Below, piece after piece: positions 32,068 to 41,770 of a stretch of 64,000 nt of DNA (positions are counted from its first letter, which is position 1; each line of letters opens with the position of its first letter). The notes under the pieces were generated by a model. The model was not told where the DNA came from, made no database searches, and saw only the letters and a program-made list of their open reading frames with translations. The stretch covers positions 29,818-93,817 of the IMG/VR virus record IMGVR_UViG_3300018481_000019; one strand, 5' to 3'. Made by a program: the position numbers and the translations under genes. Source of the stretch: a virus.

Positions 32068-32501
32068 CTCATTCTGCGTTCGGCTAGTAGGGCGTGGCGG
32101 AGGGCATCCCGAGCATGGGGTCCGGTCACGGATCGGAACAGGCCAAGCTCGCGGAGATGCTCATTGGTGAAGGCATTCTTGGCATCGGCGGCGGGTTGCA
32201 GAGTGAAGGGAATCCGCCAGCGATGCGATAGGTACATGGCGATACCGGTCACGTACAGTGCCTCCGGTTGCCGACTCAGTTTCACCGACCGTGCGGTAAT
32301 GAAGTAACGCTCTATGGCAACGGCATCGGCTCTTGGCATGAAGCCTTCCAAAATTCCGTCACCGAGCAGTTCATCAAAGGTCAGTTCGGTGTAGTCGAGC
32401 ACTCGGCTGTGTTCGACTAGACAGAGTCCGGTGGTGCCGCCGGGGTCGATGCCAAGCGTTCTCACCGACGGTTGGCCCGCTGCTCCGTCGGTGTCGCCCA
32501 C
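32058..32501 (-). CDS. RuvC-like Holliday junction resolvase
   Basis: LGIDPGGTTG, VAIE, HARDALRH. Confidence 0.8.
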   Translation of the reverse strand: MGDTDGAAGQPSVRTLGIDPGGTTGLCLVEHSRVLDYTELTFDELLGDGILEGFMPRADAVAIERYFITARSVKLSRQPEALYVTGIAMYLSHRWRIPFTLQPAADAKNAFTNEHLRELGLFRSVTGPHARDALRHALLAERRMRLA

Positions 32502-32935
32502 CGGCAGTTCCCAGGCTCGTAGTTGCCGTTGGGGTCAATGCGATCAAGTGAGTAGTAGGCCACTCGGCTTGTCCAGTCTTCGGGACTAGGCGGACGTTCA
32601 CCAACATCAGCGATGAAGTTTTTGAATCCACCATGCCCTAACCAATGTTCGCTCACTCTGATCCCGCGACCGCCGTAGTCCATGAAGTCCTTGATGTTTG
32701 GATTGAGGCATCGGTCGAGCATCGCCCGATAGACCCGATAGAGAGGATGGTTGTTCTCAGGGGAGTTGCACTTGCTACTTGCTCCATTCCTCAAATTGTC
32801 CGCAAAGACAATTACAGAGTTTCCGCATTCACACCGGCACAGCCACCGAACCTTGTGATACTTCCCACCATTCTCCGCTCTGGTTATCGCAGTCAATCGT
32901 CCAAACTTTTGCCCGGTCAGATCATTGACTCTCAT
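32462..32935 (-). CDS. HNH-type homing endonuclease-like protein
   Basis: GQKFGRLT, WLCRCECG, YGGRGI, SLDRIDPNGNYEPGNCRWAT. Confidence 0.8.
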   Translation of the reverse strand: MRVNDLTGQKFGRLTAITRAENGGKYHKVRWLCRCECGNSVIVFADNLRNGASSKCNSPENNHPLYRVYRAMLDRCLNPNIKDFMDYGGRGIRVSEHWLGHGGFKNFIADVGERPPSPEDWTSRVAYYSLDRIDPNGNYEPGNCRWATPTEQRANRR

Positions 32936-34662
32936 AGATCAGCCCATGTTTTTCCCGGTCCTGAAATGGAAGCTGTCAGCGGCACCATTAGATCGGTGTG
33001 CGTCATAGAGGCAAGCATCACCCGCTTGGCCTCTTCGACGTACTTCTCGGGAATAGAAAGCAACACTTCATCGTGAACGGGGATCAGCATGTAATCCTCC
33101 ATCCCGGCGTGACCGAGAGCGAGCAGGGATCGCTTTAGGTATTCGGCAGCAGCGCCTTGAATCTTGAAGTTGGTCGCGGCATACAGGGTGGCGGGGTCAA
33201 CGGGCAAGAACCGGCCTCCGAGAGTCATAACCCCGCCGGTTGCTCGGGCCTCTCGTTCGATGGTCTTTTGCAAATGGAACAGAGCGGGGTAGGACTCCCT
33301 CACTCCCATCTTGACTTCCGCCATGCGCTCAGTTGGGACACCGGCTCGCACCGCCATTGTCTCAATTCCAGCACCGTACAATTGCGAGTACCAATAGGTC
33401 TTCGCCATGTTGCGCCGGGTGTCGGACTTTTCGATGGTGGGGTCTTTGAAAATCTCCCGAGCAGTCTGAAGGAAGAAATCACCGCCAGCGAAAGCCTCAC
33501 CGAGCGCCTTGTCTCCGGCGAGCGATGCAGCGATGCGGAGTTCGATCTGCTCGTTATCGACCGACATCAGCACTTCATCTTCTCGCAGGGGGAGCACGGC
33601 TTGTCGAACCAACCGGGACTCGGGGTCGGAGTTGGGCTTGGGCAGAGTTTGTAGCGCCGGGGAACGGATGCTCATGCGTCCGGTGCGAGCGGCAACGGTG
33701 TCGATGGAAGGATGGATGATTCCATCGTGATTGAAAGTGAGGAAGTTGGCGAAGTAGGTGGAAGCCAACTTCTCGGTCTTGCGTACCCGCATTACCGAGC
33801 GGGCTACGTTGGCTGAGTCCCGGTCGCCGTAGGCCACGATCTTTTCCAGCGTCGGCTTATCGACGGCGATACGTCCCTTCTCGGTGCGCTTGGTGAGCAG
33901 CGAGCGGTCGGTGTTGGTGATGAACCAGCGGCCTAGCTCGTCGGGACTTGCCAGATTCACAATGCCCCGGTACGAGAGCTTCAGACCTTCAGCCTCCGAA
34001 CTGAGTTCAGCGAATTTCATTCGTGAGAAATCGCCGTCGATCCTCATGCCGTTGTGCTCCATCTGATTCGATAGCGAACGGACTCCCATCTCCAAGTCGT
34101 AGACCGGCGACTGAATCACTCTTTGAATCTCGGGTAGCTCGTAGATGCGGCTTGTCAGGATCACGTCGAGTGCGGCGTAGTAGAGATAGGTTTCAAAGTC
34201 GATGGGAATGTCCTGCCACCCCCACTTCTGCTTCGCCATTGCCTTTTTCAAATCTTCCTCCGCACCCCCATCGGACCCGAGCAGTCTCCGAGATGCAGCC
34301 TTCAGCCCTGCCGGTTCGGTGGGGTAGGCGATTCGTAGGGCGATCATGGTGTCGTCCAGTTTTCGCCAGGGAAGTTCGACTCCATGAACTGCCAGCGCAG
34401 GCACGTCGTAGGCAGTGTTGTGGATAACGAAGGGGCCGGAGTGCTTTTCAAAAACCCAATTGAAAAGACCGGGCCACTGGTCGAGTCTCGCGAGCCAAGC
34501 GAAGTCCGGTGAACCAATCTGAATCAGGCGTACCGAGAAGTCGTGGGCATGGAAGTCGAGTCCGGTGGTTTCCGTATCGACCGAGATGTAGGGACGGTGA
34601 GCTAGCCAGTCGGTGAAGTCGGCAACATCGTCACCGGATTGAATCAGCCGGTACAGGCTCAT
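32932..34662 (-). CDS. polA: Family A DNA polymerase (3'-5' exonuclease + polymerase)
   Basis: VDTETTG, HN..YD, YAALD, RTGRMS, DNEQIELR, RNMAK, IQGAAA, VHDEV. Confidence 0.9.
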   Translation of the reverse strand: MSLYRLIQSGDDVADFTDWLAHRPYISVDTETTGLDFHAHDFSVRLIQIGSPDFAWLARLDQWPGLFNWVFEKHSGPFVIHNTAYDVPALAVHGVELPWRKLDDTMIALRIAYPTEPAGLKAASRRLLGSDGGAEEDLKKAMAKQKWGWQDIPIDFETYLYYAALDVILTSRIYELPEIQRVIQSPVYDLEMGVRSLSNQMEHNGMRIDGDFSRMKFAELSSEAEGLKLSYRGIVNLASPDELGRWFITNTDRSLLTKRTEKGRIAVDKPTLEKIVAYGDRDSANVARSVMRVRKTEKLASTYFANFLTFNHDGIIHPSIDTVAARTGRMSIRSPALQTLPKPNSDPESRLVRQAVLPLREDEVLMSVDNEQIELRIAASLAGDKALGEAFAGGDFFLQTAREIFKDPTIEKSDTRRNMAKTYWYSQLYGAGIETMAVRAGVPTERMAEVKMGVRESYPALFHLQKTIEREARATGGVMTLGGRFLPVDPATLYAATNFKIQGAAAEYLKRSLLALGHAGMEDYMLIPVHDEVLLSIPEKYVEEAKRVMLASMTHTDLMVPLTASISGPGKTWADL

Positions 34663-34682
34663 GGTGCTCCGTCTTGTCTGGG

Positions 34683-35372
34683 TCAGAGGGATCGGAAGCT
34701 GCCGCCCCGAACAGCAAGCCAGTTCTCCATTGCTCCGGTTAGCCGCCCTGCTCCCACCAATTGCGGGCTATCAAGCGTCTGCCAGAGCAAGTCTAATTCA
34801 TCGGGGGATGCGCCCGACGATGCGAACCCGTACTCATGCCAGTTGTCCTTGGCTTCGTAGAGCACCAGCTTGCGAAGCTCCCGGTCTGGTTTACATATAG
34901 CTAAAGCCGACGGATCGACAGGGCCGATGTAGTGCCGCCAACGGGTGAGCGGTTCAGCTTCCAGTTCCCGGCTGCGAGCCAGCGTGGACAGACTGTCCGG
35001 TGACATTGACTTGATTGAGGTAATGGCCTGCCGATGAATGTTGTCGAACAGAGAGGGCGAACCAATGATGTCGTCGTGCCGCCCTGGTTCAACAATCATG
35101 GTCACTCCGCCCCGGCTCGCCAGGAACAATTCCATGAGCTTGAAATCCAGGCTCAGATCAGGAGTGTCGTCTTCGATCAACTCTCGCCAGTGGTGGTGGA
35201 AGGTGACAAGGTGCTGCCCGATCCCCGGCTTGTAACTGCCGATGTCACTGGCGAAGAGGGATTCTGGATCGGACTCTCTGGTCTTGACTCTTTCAAAATC
35301 GACACGGCGGAATAGCTCATTGGTGTAGTTGTCGATTGCGAAGTCACTGGCTCCGGTGAGCACGATCAGCAT
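34683..35372 (-). CDS. Hypothetical protein, possibly a degenerate nucleotide kinase
   Basis: MLIVLTG start but no intact P-loop. Confidence 0.4.
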   Translation of the reverse strand: MLIVLTGASDFAIDNYTNELFRRVDFERVKTRESDPESLFASDIGSYKPGIGQHLVTFHHHWRELIEDDTPDLSLDFKLMELFLASRGGVTMIVEPGRHDDIIGSPSLFDNIHRQAITSIKSMSPDSLSTLARSRELEAEPLTRWRHYIGPVDPSALAICKPDRELRKLVLYEAKDNWHEYGFASSGASPDELDLLWQTLDSPQLVGAGRLTGAMENWLAVRGGSFRSL

Positions 35373-35836
35373 TAGAGCCAGCCGAAGTGCCGTGCCGTGC
35401 TTTCCAAAATGGCGACAAGTTGATCGGACATCTCAAAGCGATCCTTGTTGATCTTCAGGCTCCGCTCCAAGTTGCCGTCCTCATGGCGCTCGGTTGCGGC
35501 CTTCCAATCAGCCAGCATTTCGACAAGGTCGATCAGGGTCATGCCGTCGATGCCCTCTTCGTGGTGCTCGGGATGGTGACGATTGTTGGCGTAGTGGTGC
35601 TCCAAACCGGCCTGCATCTCAACTAGTAACTGGTGATACTCCGGTGAGCCATAGGTCGAGTGCCGGAGCTTGGGGGTGTATTCGTCAAAGAACGCAAGCT
35701 CGGGCGGCTGTGTCTTCGATGCGTCGTGCTCACGGCTCCGGTCGTCTAGCTCTTCGATCAGCGGAATCAGAAGTTCTCGCACCCGAATCGCATGTTCGAT
35801 GGTGTCGTTCCGGCTGTCGTAGTTGTCAGTCTTCAT
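35372..35836 (-). CDS. DUF5662 / HD-like phosphohydrolase
   Basis: HDASK, HHYANNRHHPEH, MTLIDLVEMLADWKAA. Confidence 0.75.
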   Translation of the reverse strand: MKTDNYDSRNDTIEHAIRVRELLIPLIEELDDRSREHDASKTQPPELAFFDEYTPKLRHSTYGSPEYHQLLVEMQAGLEHHYANNRHHPEHHEEGIDGMTLIDLVEMLADWKAATERHEDGNLERSLKINKDRFEMSDQLVAILESTARHFGWL

Positions 35837-36230
35837 CGTCGTGTCTGTGTTTTGAAAGCATGTGGCGGCGGAGGTCTTGGAACGAACGGTGGCAGTGCGG
35901 GCAGACACCGGCCTCCGCTTTCTCCACCTTGGCTTTGAGCTTGGTGGCTACACCTTTCAGCGCACGGTTGGATCGCTCCGATGCGTCGAGTTGGTCACGG
36001 ATCGCGGCGGCTCTGGCTTCGGCTCGTTTCGCTTTTTCTTCTGCCCGCTTCGCCCTTTCAGCGTCAGTGATTCCCTCAAACCATTGGTTGTGTCCGCTCG
36101 GACAGTAAAACTCATGCCGGTCTGAGCGCCGTCGTTCCTCAAAGTCCTTGGTGATAGCGAACATCATGTGGCACGACGCACAGTGAATCGTGACCAGCGT
36201 TTCTTTTTCGGTGACTGTAAATGAACTCAC
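35826..36230 (-). CDS. Zn-finger + coiled-coil hypothetical protein
   Basis: CASC, FYCPSGH, CPHCHRSFQDLRRHMLSKH. Confidence 0.6.
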   Translation of the reverse strand: MSSFTVTEKETLVTIHCASCHMMFAITKDFEERRRSDRHEFYCPSGHNQWFEGITDAERAKRAEEKAKRAEARAAAIRDQLDASERSNRALKGVATKLKAKVEKAEAGVCPHCHRSFQDLRRHMLSKHRHDDED

Positions 36231-36721
36231 GAAATCCTTTCGACCCGGTAGGCGGCGTTGATTGCTTCGTCAATGGCGGCGACGTTTTCCAAGAGTTCGA
36301 TTGAGATGCGGGGGAGGTGCCTGGACCCGTCTCGTTTTCGATAGAGCGCGGCGACTATCTCATGGGGGTCGGTGGCGATGGTGGCCCAATAGCGGGCTTC
36401 CTCCACAAGTAGCTTGGTGAAGTCGTATTCGCTCGGGACACATTGGTCGAATTCAAAACCAGTGTCGGGGTCTTCGCCGGGATATGCCTCTTGGAAGCGG
36501 GGAATGTCGCCAAGGATTCGGGGGCATCCCGGCATGTGGAGCATGATTGACATGCCGAGCTTTTCCAAAACGTAGCTCCCGCCGCTGGTTCGGAATAGCT
36601 GAAGCTCGGTCCAGCGGGGAGACTCAGGCCGACGGGAGGACACCTTGCCGAGATGCCGACCCTCAAACGTAATCAGTCGCGCCCCGTCCCTCACTTGGAA
36701 TTCGCCAAACGTCACACTCAA
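36227..36721 (-). CDS. Conserved actinophage hypothetical protein
   Basis: F.G..LG..SS...RWTELQLFRT..G.YV pattern. Confidence 0.55.
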   Translation of the reverse strand: MSVTFGEFQVRDGARLITFEGRHLGKVSSRRPESPRWTELQLFRTSGGSYVLEKLGMSIMLHMPGCPRILGDIPRFQEAYPGEDPDTGFEFDQCVPSEYDFTKLLVEEARYWATIATDPHEIVAALYRKRDGSRHLPRISIELLENVAAIDEAINAAYRVERIS

Positions 36722-37025
36722 TGTCTTGCCCGTCGTCAGTTGGGGAATTGCCTACGCTACCGCACCTACGGCGCATCGTCCTCTTCGTCGTCCTCTTCGT
36801 CCCATCCGATTGCTAAGTCAAACTTGGTCATTTCCAGCAAGCCCACGATCTGCTCCATGTGGGGAAGCGGTTCGCCGTGAACGTGACGGAGTCGAGTCAG
36901 TGTCCCGTCAGCTTGGAGCACTTCGATAACGGTGATTCCGTAGAGCGGCATATCGGTTTCCAAAACACCGACCAGGGCCGCCGCCACGTCGAGTGAGCTT
37001 TTGATTTCGTGCTGGTGCTCGTCGC

Positions 37026-37457
37026 TCACATCGCCTCTTCCAGAGCATCGCTGAGGAATGGCTGCGCTTGTTGTCCGGGGTGGCGGACCTTATGGAAGGC
37101 GACGACTCGGCCTTTCTTGTGCCAGAAGAACGTGAGCCGGGGAGCGGTCTTTGGGACGATGGTGTGGGGGTTGGTCCCTTGATGCACGTACAGAGCGTGC
37201 TTGGGAACGGCAATTACCCGGCCTTCCAGTTCCTTGTTGTGCCGCCCACGTTGCGGTCGGATAGCTCCCTGCAATCGTCCGGTCGAGTAGTTGATCCCGG
37301 TGGCATTGTGCGGGAACTTCCCCGGTCCCGGTGCCATAGAGATAGCGATGCCGGTGGTTTGCAAGGTCTTCCGGTAGATGTATTTCCCTACGTCGCCCTT
37401 CCATGAGCGAGTGAGTTCATACATCGCGATGGGGTTGGCAACATAGACAACCGCCAC
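37026..37457 (-). CDS. HK97-gp10-like tail/neck completion protein
   Basis: TGRLQGAI, ALYVHQGT.PH.I.PK, V.HPG..AQPFL.DAL. Confidence 0.7.
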   Translation of the reverse strand: MAVVYVANPIAMYELTRSWKGDVGKYIYRKTLQTTGIAISMAPGPGKFPHNATGINYSTGRLQGAIRPQRGRHNKELEGRVIAVPKHALYVHQGTNPHTIVPKTAPRLTFFWHKKGRVVAFHKVRHPGQQAQPFLSDALEEAM

Positions 37458-37780
37458 TAGACCCGCTCTTTCAAATCCTTGACCAAGTCAGACTTGCCGA
37501 GCGCCCTTGCTCGTTTCTTGATGTGGCGAACAACGGGTGCTCGGTTCTTGGCGCGGCCTATGGCCTGAATCGCCTTTTTCAAATCGGCTACATCTTTGAT
37601 GGGGTAGCTCCCATCCTTCATCGCCCATCCCTTTTTCTTCGCTTCCTTGCGGTGCTCGGTGTTCCAATAGGACGTGGCGGTTCCCACCAAGCTCGGGTGG
37701 CTAGATCGTTCTCGGGTATCTCGGAGCGTGTAGTGCATCGGGATTCGGTCTTCCCAGAACTGAAGATCGCTGTGACTCAT
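37457..37780 (-). CDS. Small basic virion-region protein (AM.DGSYPI....DL..AI.A.GRA motif, DUF6582-like)
   Basis: Motif recalled from actinophage head-region proteins. Confidence 0.55.
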   Translation of the reverse strand: MSHSDLQFWEDRIPMHYTLRDTRERSSHPSLVGTATSYWNTEHRKEAKKKGWAMKDGSYPIKDVADLKKAIQAIGRAKNRAPVVRHIKKRARALGKSDLVKDLKERV

Positions 37781-38214
37781 GGGACTCCAATCGTCAATTG
37801 CAGGCTGCTAATCGCAAGCCCTCCGGTGTTGGCGAATCCGATTGAAAAGTCCTTTGCCCAATAGGGGTCGATGGACAAGACCCAACTCCACAGACAGTCA
37901 GCGTCCTTGTCGGTTTGCGCCGAGATGCGCTTGACCTCTTCGACGTTCTCCGTGCCGTCGTCCTCCATCTCGTAAGCACAGTCTCGGGACAGAGCGATGA
38001 TGAAGGTTCCCACTTGTATGTATCCGCACTTGCCGCCTTGCTCGTCAAAGAGCGGAGTGGCATCGACACTGGAAGCGGCAGCGATCAGGGATTCGCAAGA
38101 GATAACCATGTCACCCGTTTTTGAATACGACACTTTGGGGATCGCCACTCCGCAAGCCACGGCGTATTCCTCAAAGTCCTTTCGGAGATGATCGGCGTAT
38201 TCCAGAGGGGTCAT
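37777..38214 (-). CDS. Probable tail terminator / head-tail completion protein
   Basis: Position after the adaptor; size. Confidence 0.45.
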   Translation of the reverse strand: MTPLEYADHLRKDFEEYAVACGVAIPKVSYSKTGDMVISCESLIAAASSVDATPLFDEQGGKCGYIQVGTFIIALSRDCAYEMEDDGTENVEEVKRISAQTDKDADCLWSWVLSIDPYWAKDFSIGFANTGGLAISSLQLTIGVP

Positions 38215-38984
38215 GCCTCACACCCGATCTGCTCGGACCACACTCGCCGTCCGTGGTTGAGCGGGTCGATAGCTCGGCCTCCCGGCACCCCACGGCGAGC
38301 AATCGTGATCCATGAGTCGATACGGGAGATGCCGACAAGTCCCTTGTCCATGAAGGTCTGAGGATCAAGGATCGTCCACGACACACCTTGCCGAACGATG
38401 GACGTGACCCGCTCGGGAAGGTTGCACTTTTCACCAAGGAATGCCTTGCCATATTCGGTCGAGAGATAGAGAGTCGCGGCCTTGGCTCCCGGCGGGAGAT
38501 TGTCACCGATGGTGTATTCGACGGCGACTCGCTTGGGGCAACCACACCCATTGGAGTTGGTGCGCCAATCGAAGAACGGAACGCCGTGCATGTGGGAAGA
38601 CCCACCACAGTCACCGCCGCAAATTGAAATCTTGTGCTCGGTGGTCCGGCAGTAGGCAAGGTCTTTTGAATCGGCATCGCAATTGTGCAATGTCGAGACG
38701 GAGTCGATGGTCTGGATCGGAGTGCGGGTGAGATTGAGCAGGCAACCCCTGGTTTCAAAAACCTCTCGCCAGCATTCAACCCCGTGATAAAACCCGTTGG
38801 TCAGTTGGTCGAGAACCCACGTCGCTTCCTGCACGATCCCGGTGGCTTGCTCTTCGGTCAGCGTGGGGAACAACTCCATGAGGACGGAGGGGTCGATCCA
38901 CATGGGATCGTCGGGAGCGGCGGGCGGAGCGGGCGGAGCGTTCGTTACGTCAAACGCTGAAGAGAACGCTCGGGAAAAGCTCAT
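38211..38984 (-). CDS. Head-to-tail adaptor
   Basis: C.LP.RVTSI.RQGVSW.ILDP...G..GI..ID.W actinophage adaptor motif. Confidence 0.75.
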   Translation of the reverse strand: MSFSRAFSSAFDVTNAPPAPPAAPDDPMWIDPSVLMELFPTLTEEQATGIVQEATWVLDQLTNGFYHGVECWREVFETRGCLLNLTRTPIQTIDSVSTLHNCDADSKDLAYCRTTEHKISICGGDCGGSSHMHGVPFFDWRTNSNGCGCPKRVAVEYTIGDNLPPGAKAATLYLSTEYGKAFLGEKCNLPERVTSIVRQGVSWTILDPQTFMDKGLVGISRIDSWITIARRGVPGGRAIDPLNHGRRVWSEQIGCEA

Positions 38985-39433
38985 GCCAGTGAGACAACTG
39001 CCGTGATCGTCACTGGATCATTGTTGGCGGGAGCAGCACCGACAACTTCCACTACCGCAATGGGAAGCTCCCGATAGATGCCAAGGTCAACGATGGGTCC
39101 GGTGACATCGGCAACCAGCTTTGTCCCGCCTGTCGTGGCAACCCAGATACGTGTCTTCGCTTCGTCGTCTCCTACCAAGTTGAAAGTCGGGGAAGCCCCT
39201 TCATCGGCAATCTCTGAAACCCACAGCTTCGTCGCTGTCATATCCCATGACGTGTCAGTCCTCACCCGTCCGGTTGCGGGAGTGGCGGAGGTTGTCCACT
39301 TGTAGGCAAAGGCTTGACCCATCGTGTTACCGGCTCGGTTGAAAAGCTCGGTGACGATGGTTTGCAAATCGTCAGCGTCGATAGCTCCTGCGTCGTTGTC
39401 GGGGATCAGGGCGAGTAGTTCTTCAAGCGTCAT
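38981..39433 (-). CDS. Probable virion structural protein
   Basis: LLALIPDNDAGAI...DL N-terminus; position in the structural operon. Confidence 0.5.
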   Translation of the reverse strand: MTLEELLALIPDNDAGAIDADDLQTIVTELFNRAGNTMGQAFAYKWTTSATPATGRVRTDTSWDMTATKLWVSEIADEGASPTFNLVGDDEAKTRIWVATTGGTKLVADVTGPIVDLGIYRELPIAVVEVVGAAPANNDPVTITAVVSLA

Positions 39434-39673
39434 GGGGGATCGTTGCCGGTGGGCCGGGTATGTCGGTGCGGACGTGGCTGTTGAATTCCAACTGCGACAT
39501 CAGTTCCACGATTCTCATTTCAAGCTCATGGTTCCGATTTGAAAATGCAGTGATGGTGTTTCCCTGAAGCATGACCAAGTGCTCTAGTTCCAAGATGCGA
39601 ATGGTCTTTTCGTCAGCCTCCGCCTGAGAAATCGTGGAGTCGTCCGTCTCTGTCTCTGGCTGTTCGTTCTCGT

Positions 39674-40588
39674 TCATGTGGCGACCTTAGTTTCCAGGGC
39701 GTTGACCCGAGCGGCTAACCACTGCACTGCCATGAGCAGCGGAACGATCAACCCTTCATAGGCGACCGTGTCCACCACGCCGGTTTCGGCATCGGCAAAG
39801 GTGAACTCGGGGGCCGTTTCAAAAACCTCTTCAGCGATCAATCCGATGTGGGTGTCTTCACCGTCTCGTTCGATCCGTGACTTGTAGTTGACCGGACGGA
39901 GCGCGAGCAGCCGTTCGATGTAGCTCGGGTCTGCGTCTTCGATGTCCTTTTTGAAACGACGGGACGATGTCTGTCGCAAGAACTCAGCGCCGCTTCCCAC
40001 CTTCCAAGCGGGGAGCGAGCCAGACGTGGTGTCGGTGCCGGGGCCGAGCATGTTGCCCCGGAAGGTGGCTTGACCTTCCACGTTGAATCCACCGCCGTTG
40101 ATAACCAGTCCGCCGGTGAGAGTGCCGCCGGTGAGCCGGAGGTAGTTGGCATCGGCTACTTCCAGATATTGATTGTGGGCGTGAGCGGTCCCGCCAACCA
40201 CCGTCACGGTCATGGTCATATCGGCATTGCCTCTGACATTCACCGAGCCGGTGGCATCGCCGGTGAGGGTCAGCTTCCTTGTCGTCGTCCACATTGGGAC
40301 GTGGTCGTGTCCGTGAGTTGACGGGGGGAAGGTGGTCGGCTTGCCGGGAAGGGTGCTCCACACCACGGCTCCCACCTTGCCGTCCACGTATTGCTTGTGA
40401 GTCGCGTCGTCAGCACTGGTGGGCGAGCCGAGTCCACTGATCCGGTTTCCGCCCATGTTGACCAAGCCGATGAAAGTGCCGCCCTGCTTGGGCATGAGCG
40501 ATTCCGACATCGCTCGCAATGCCGCCGGGACATCGGCGGGGTCAGCGTATGAGGGGAGGGTCACTCCGTCTATGACAATCGGCGGCAC
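39674..40588 (-). CDS. Tail fibre protein with C-terminal intramolecular chaperone (peptidase S74-like)
   Basis: DATHKQYVD, WSTLPGKPTTFPPSTH fibre repeats; SSRRFKKDI...LRPVNY...GLIAEEV. Confidence 0.8.
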   Translation of the reverse strand: MPPIVIDGVTLPSYADPADVPAALRAMSESLMPKQGGTFIGLVNMGGNRISGLGSPTSADDATHKQYVDGKVGAVVWSTLPGKPTTFPPSTHGHDHVPMWTTTRKLTLTGDATGSVNVRGNADMTMTVTVVGGTAHAHNQYLEVADANYLRLTGGTLTGGLVINGGGFNVEGQATFRGNMLGPGTDTTSGSLPAWKVGSGAEFLRQTSSRRFKKDIEDADPSYIERLLALRPVNYKSRIERDGEDTHIGLIAEEVFETAPEFTFADAETGVVDTVAYEGLIVPLLMAVQWLAARVNALETKVAT

Positions 40589-40628
40589 GTCAAGTCCTCT
40601 CGGTCACGAACCAAGACAGTAATGAGCG

Positions 40629-40650
40629 GGGAGCACCCGTAGGTGCTCCC
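40629..40650 (-). terminator. Terminator hairpin after the major tail gene
   Basis: GGGAGCACC-cgta-GGTGCTCCC. Confidence 0.55.
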
Positions 40651-40660
40651 AACTCAATTG

Positions 40661-41701
40661 TCATGCCTTGGAGACTGTGTCGGTGCTGTCGGTCCACGTT
40701 CCGGCAACGTTTTGCCAGATCGCGTATTCGGTTCCGCCGTCGTCGTAGAACGCCGCACTGTCGTTAGCGGGCAATCCCGCTGGCGGGGTAGTGCCGGGAT
40801 CGACTGTGACGATATCCACGTCCGGTGGAATCGGTGTGATATCGACTGCCGAATCGACCCAACTTCCCGCACGGACAATCCACACCGAACCATCGTCGCT
40901 GGTGACGATGATCGACCCGTCGGGTGCTCCCGTCGGGCCAGCGATGGGAGCGGTTCCCATTCCGGCTGTCGGGGTATCAACGTCCAACTCCGGGTTCAGC
41001 GTGTTCTCTTCGTCAGCGGGCCACTCGTTGCCGTCGCCGGGTGTGCCTTCGGCCCAACCGAATGCTGGCAGAGCAGCGGTGCGGACGTAAGAGAATGGAT
41101 TCTCCAACGCTTCCTTGTACGTGACCCAACTGTCGTCCACGTTGTTCGGGTTGAGTCCAGTGGGAACGAGCGCTGCGTTGCCGAGCGCTTGTCCTGTGAA
41201 CTCATTGGTGAGCGCCGAGTTTCCAAACTCACGGTCGCCTTCGTAGCGCACTTTCACGTAGGGGAAAACCCAATGCCAATACGGTTGTCCCGCGGCAGGC
41301 TTTCCGCCCACGTTGGCGGTTGACCAAATCTCAATCGCGACGGGGTTGCCGACCACCGAACCCACGACGGGTGAGGTATAGCCGACCACGTTTCCGTTTT
41401 CGTCAAGAATGATCTTTCCGCCTGCGAGCAAGGCTGCGGCTTCGGGATCGGGCGCACATAGAGCAAGGCTGAAATTCAGCCGCTTCAGTGTGTCGTCCGC
41501 CTTCCATGAGATACACACTCCGCCGTCGGCTCGCTTCTCTGCAATCTCGTCGCCTTCCTCAAACTCGGGCGAGAAGGTTGCGGAGATGAAACCGCGGGTG
41601 GTGAGGATCGGGAAGTCCGGGTCAATCGACCCGTCCGTGTTGAGACGGGTAATCCGAATCGCATTGCCCATTACCGACGACGCTCCGTCTCTATGAGCCA
41701 T
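40661..41701 (-). CDS. Major tail (tube) protein
   Basis: IRITRL..DG, GFI....PE.EEGDEI..K.A.G.VC, AIEIWS, YWHWVFPY; follows the capsid gene. Confidence 0.75.
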   Translation of the reverse strand: MAHRDGASSVMGNAIRITRLNTDGSIDPDFPILTTRGFISATFSPEFEEGDEIAEKRADGGVCISWKADDTLKRLNFSLALCAPDPEAAALLAGGKIILDENGNVVGYTSPVVGSVVGNPVAIEIWSTANVGGKPAAGQPYWHWVFPYVKVRYEGDREFGNSALTNEFTGQALGNAALVPTGLNPNNVDDSWVTYKEALENPFSYVRTAALPAFGWAEGTPGDGNEWPADEENTLNPELDVDTPTAGMGTAPIAGPTGAPDGSIIVTSDDGSVWIVRAGSWVDSAVDITPIPPDVDIVTVDPGTTPPAGLPANDSAAFYDDGGTEYAIWQNVAGTWTDSTDTVSKA

Positions 41702-41729
41702 TTGAAAATCTCCTTCCTATGGCTGTCAT

Positions 41730-41760
41730 GGGTGAGCGGGTTTTGAAAACCCGCTCACCC
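41730..41760. terminator. Perfect 15-bp inverted repeat after the capsid gene, centred on TTTTGAAAA
   Basis: GGGTGAGCGGGTTTT-G-AAAACCCGCTCACCC. Confidence 0.65.
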
Positions 41761-41770
41761 GGAGCGTCAT

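Noticed and set aside
32462-32935. Intron or intein associated with the HNH gene next to polA
   Set aside because: polA and ruvC frames appear complete; the HNH gene is free-standing
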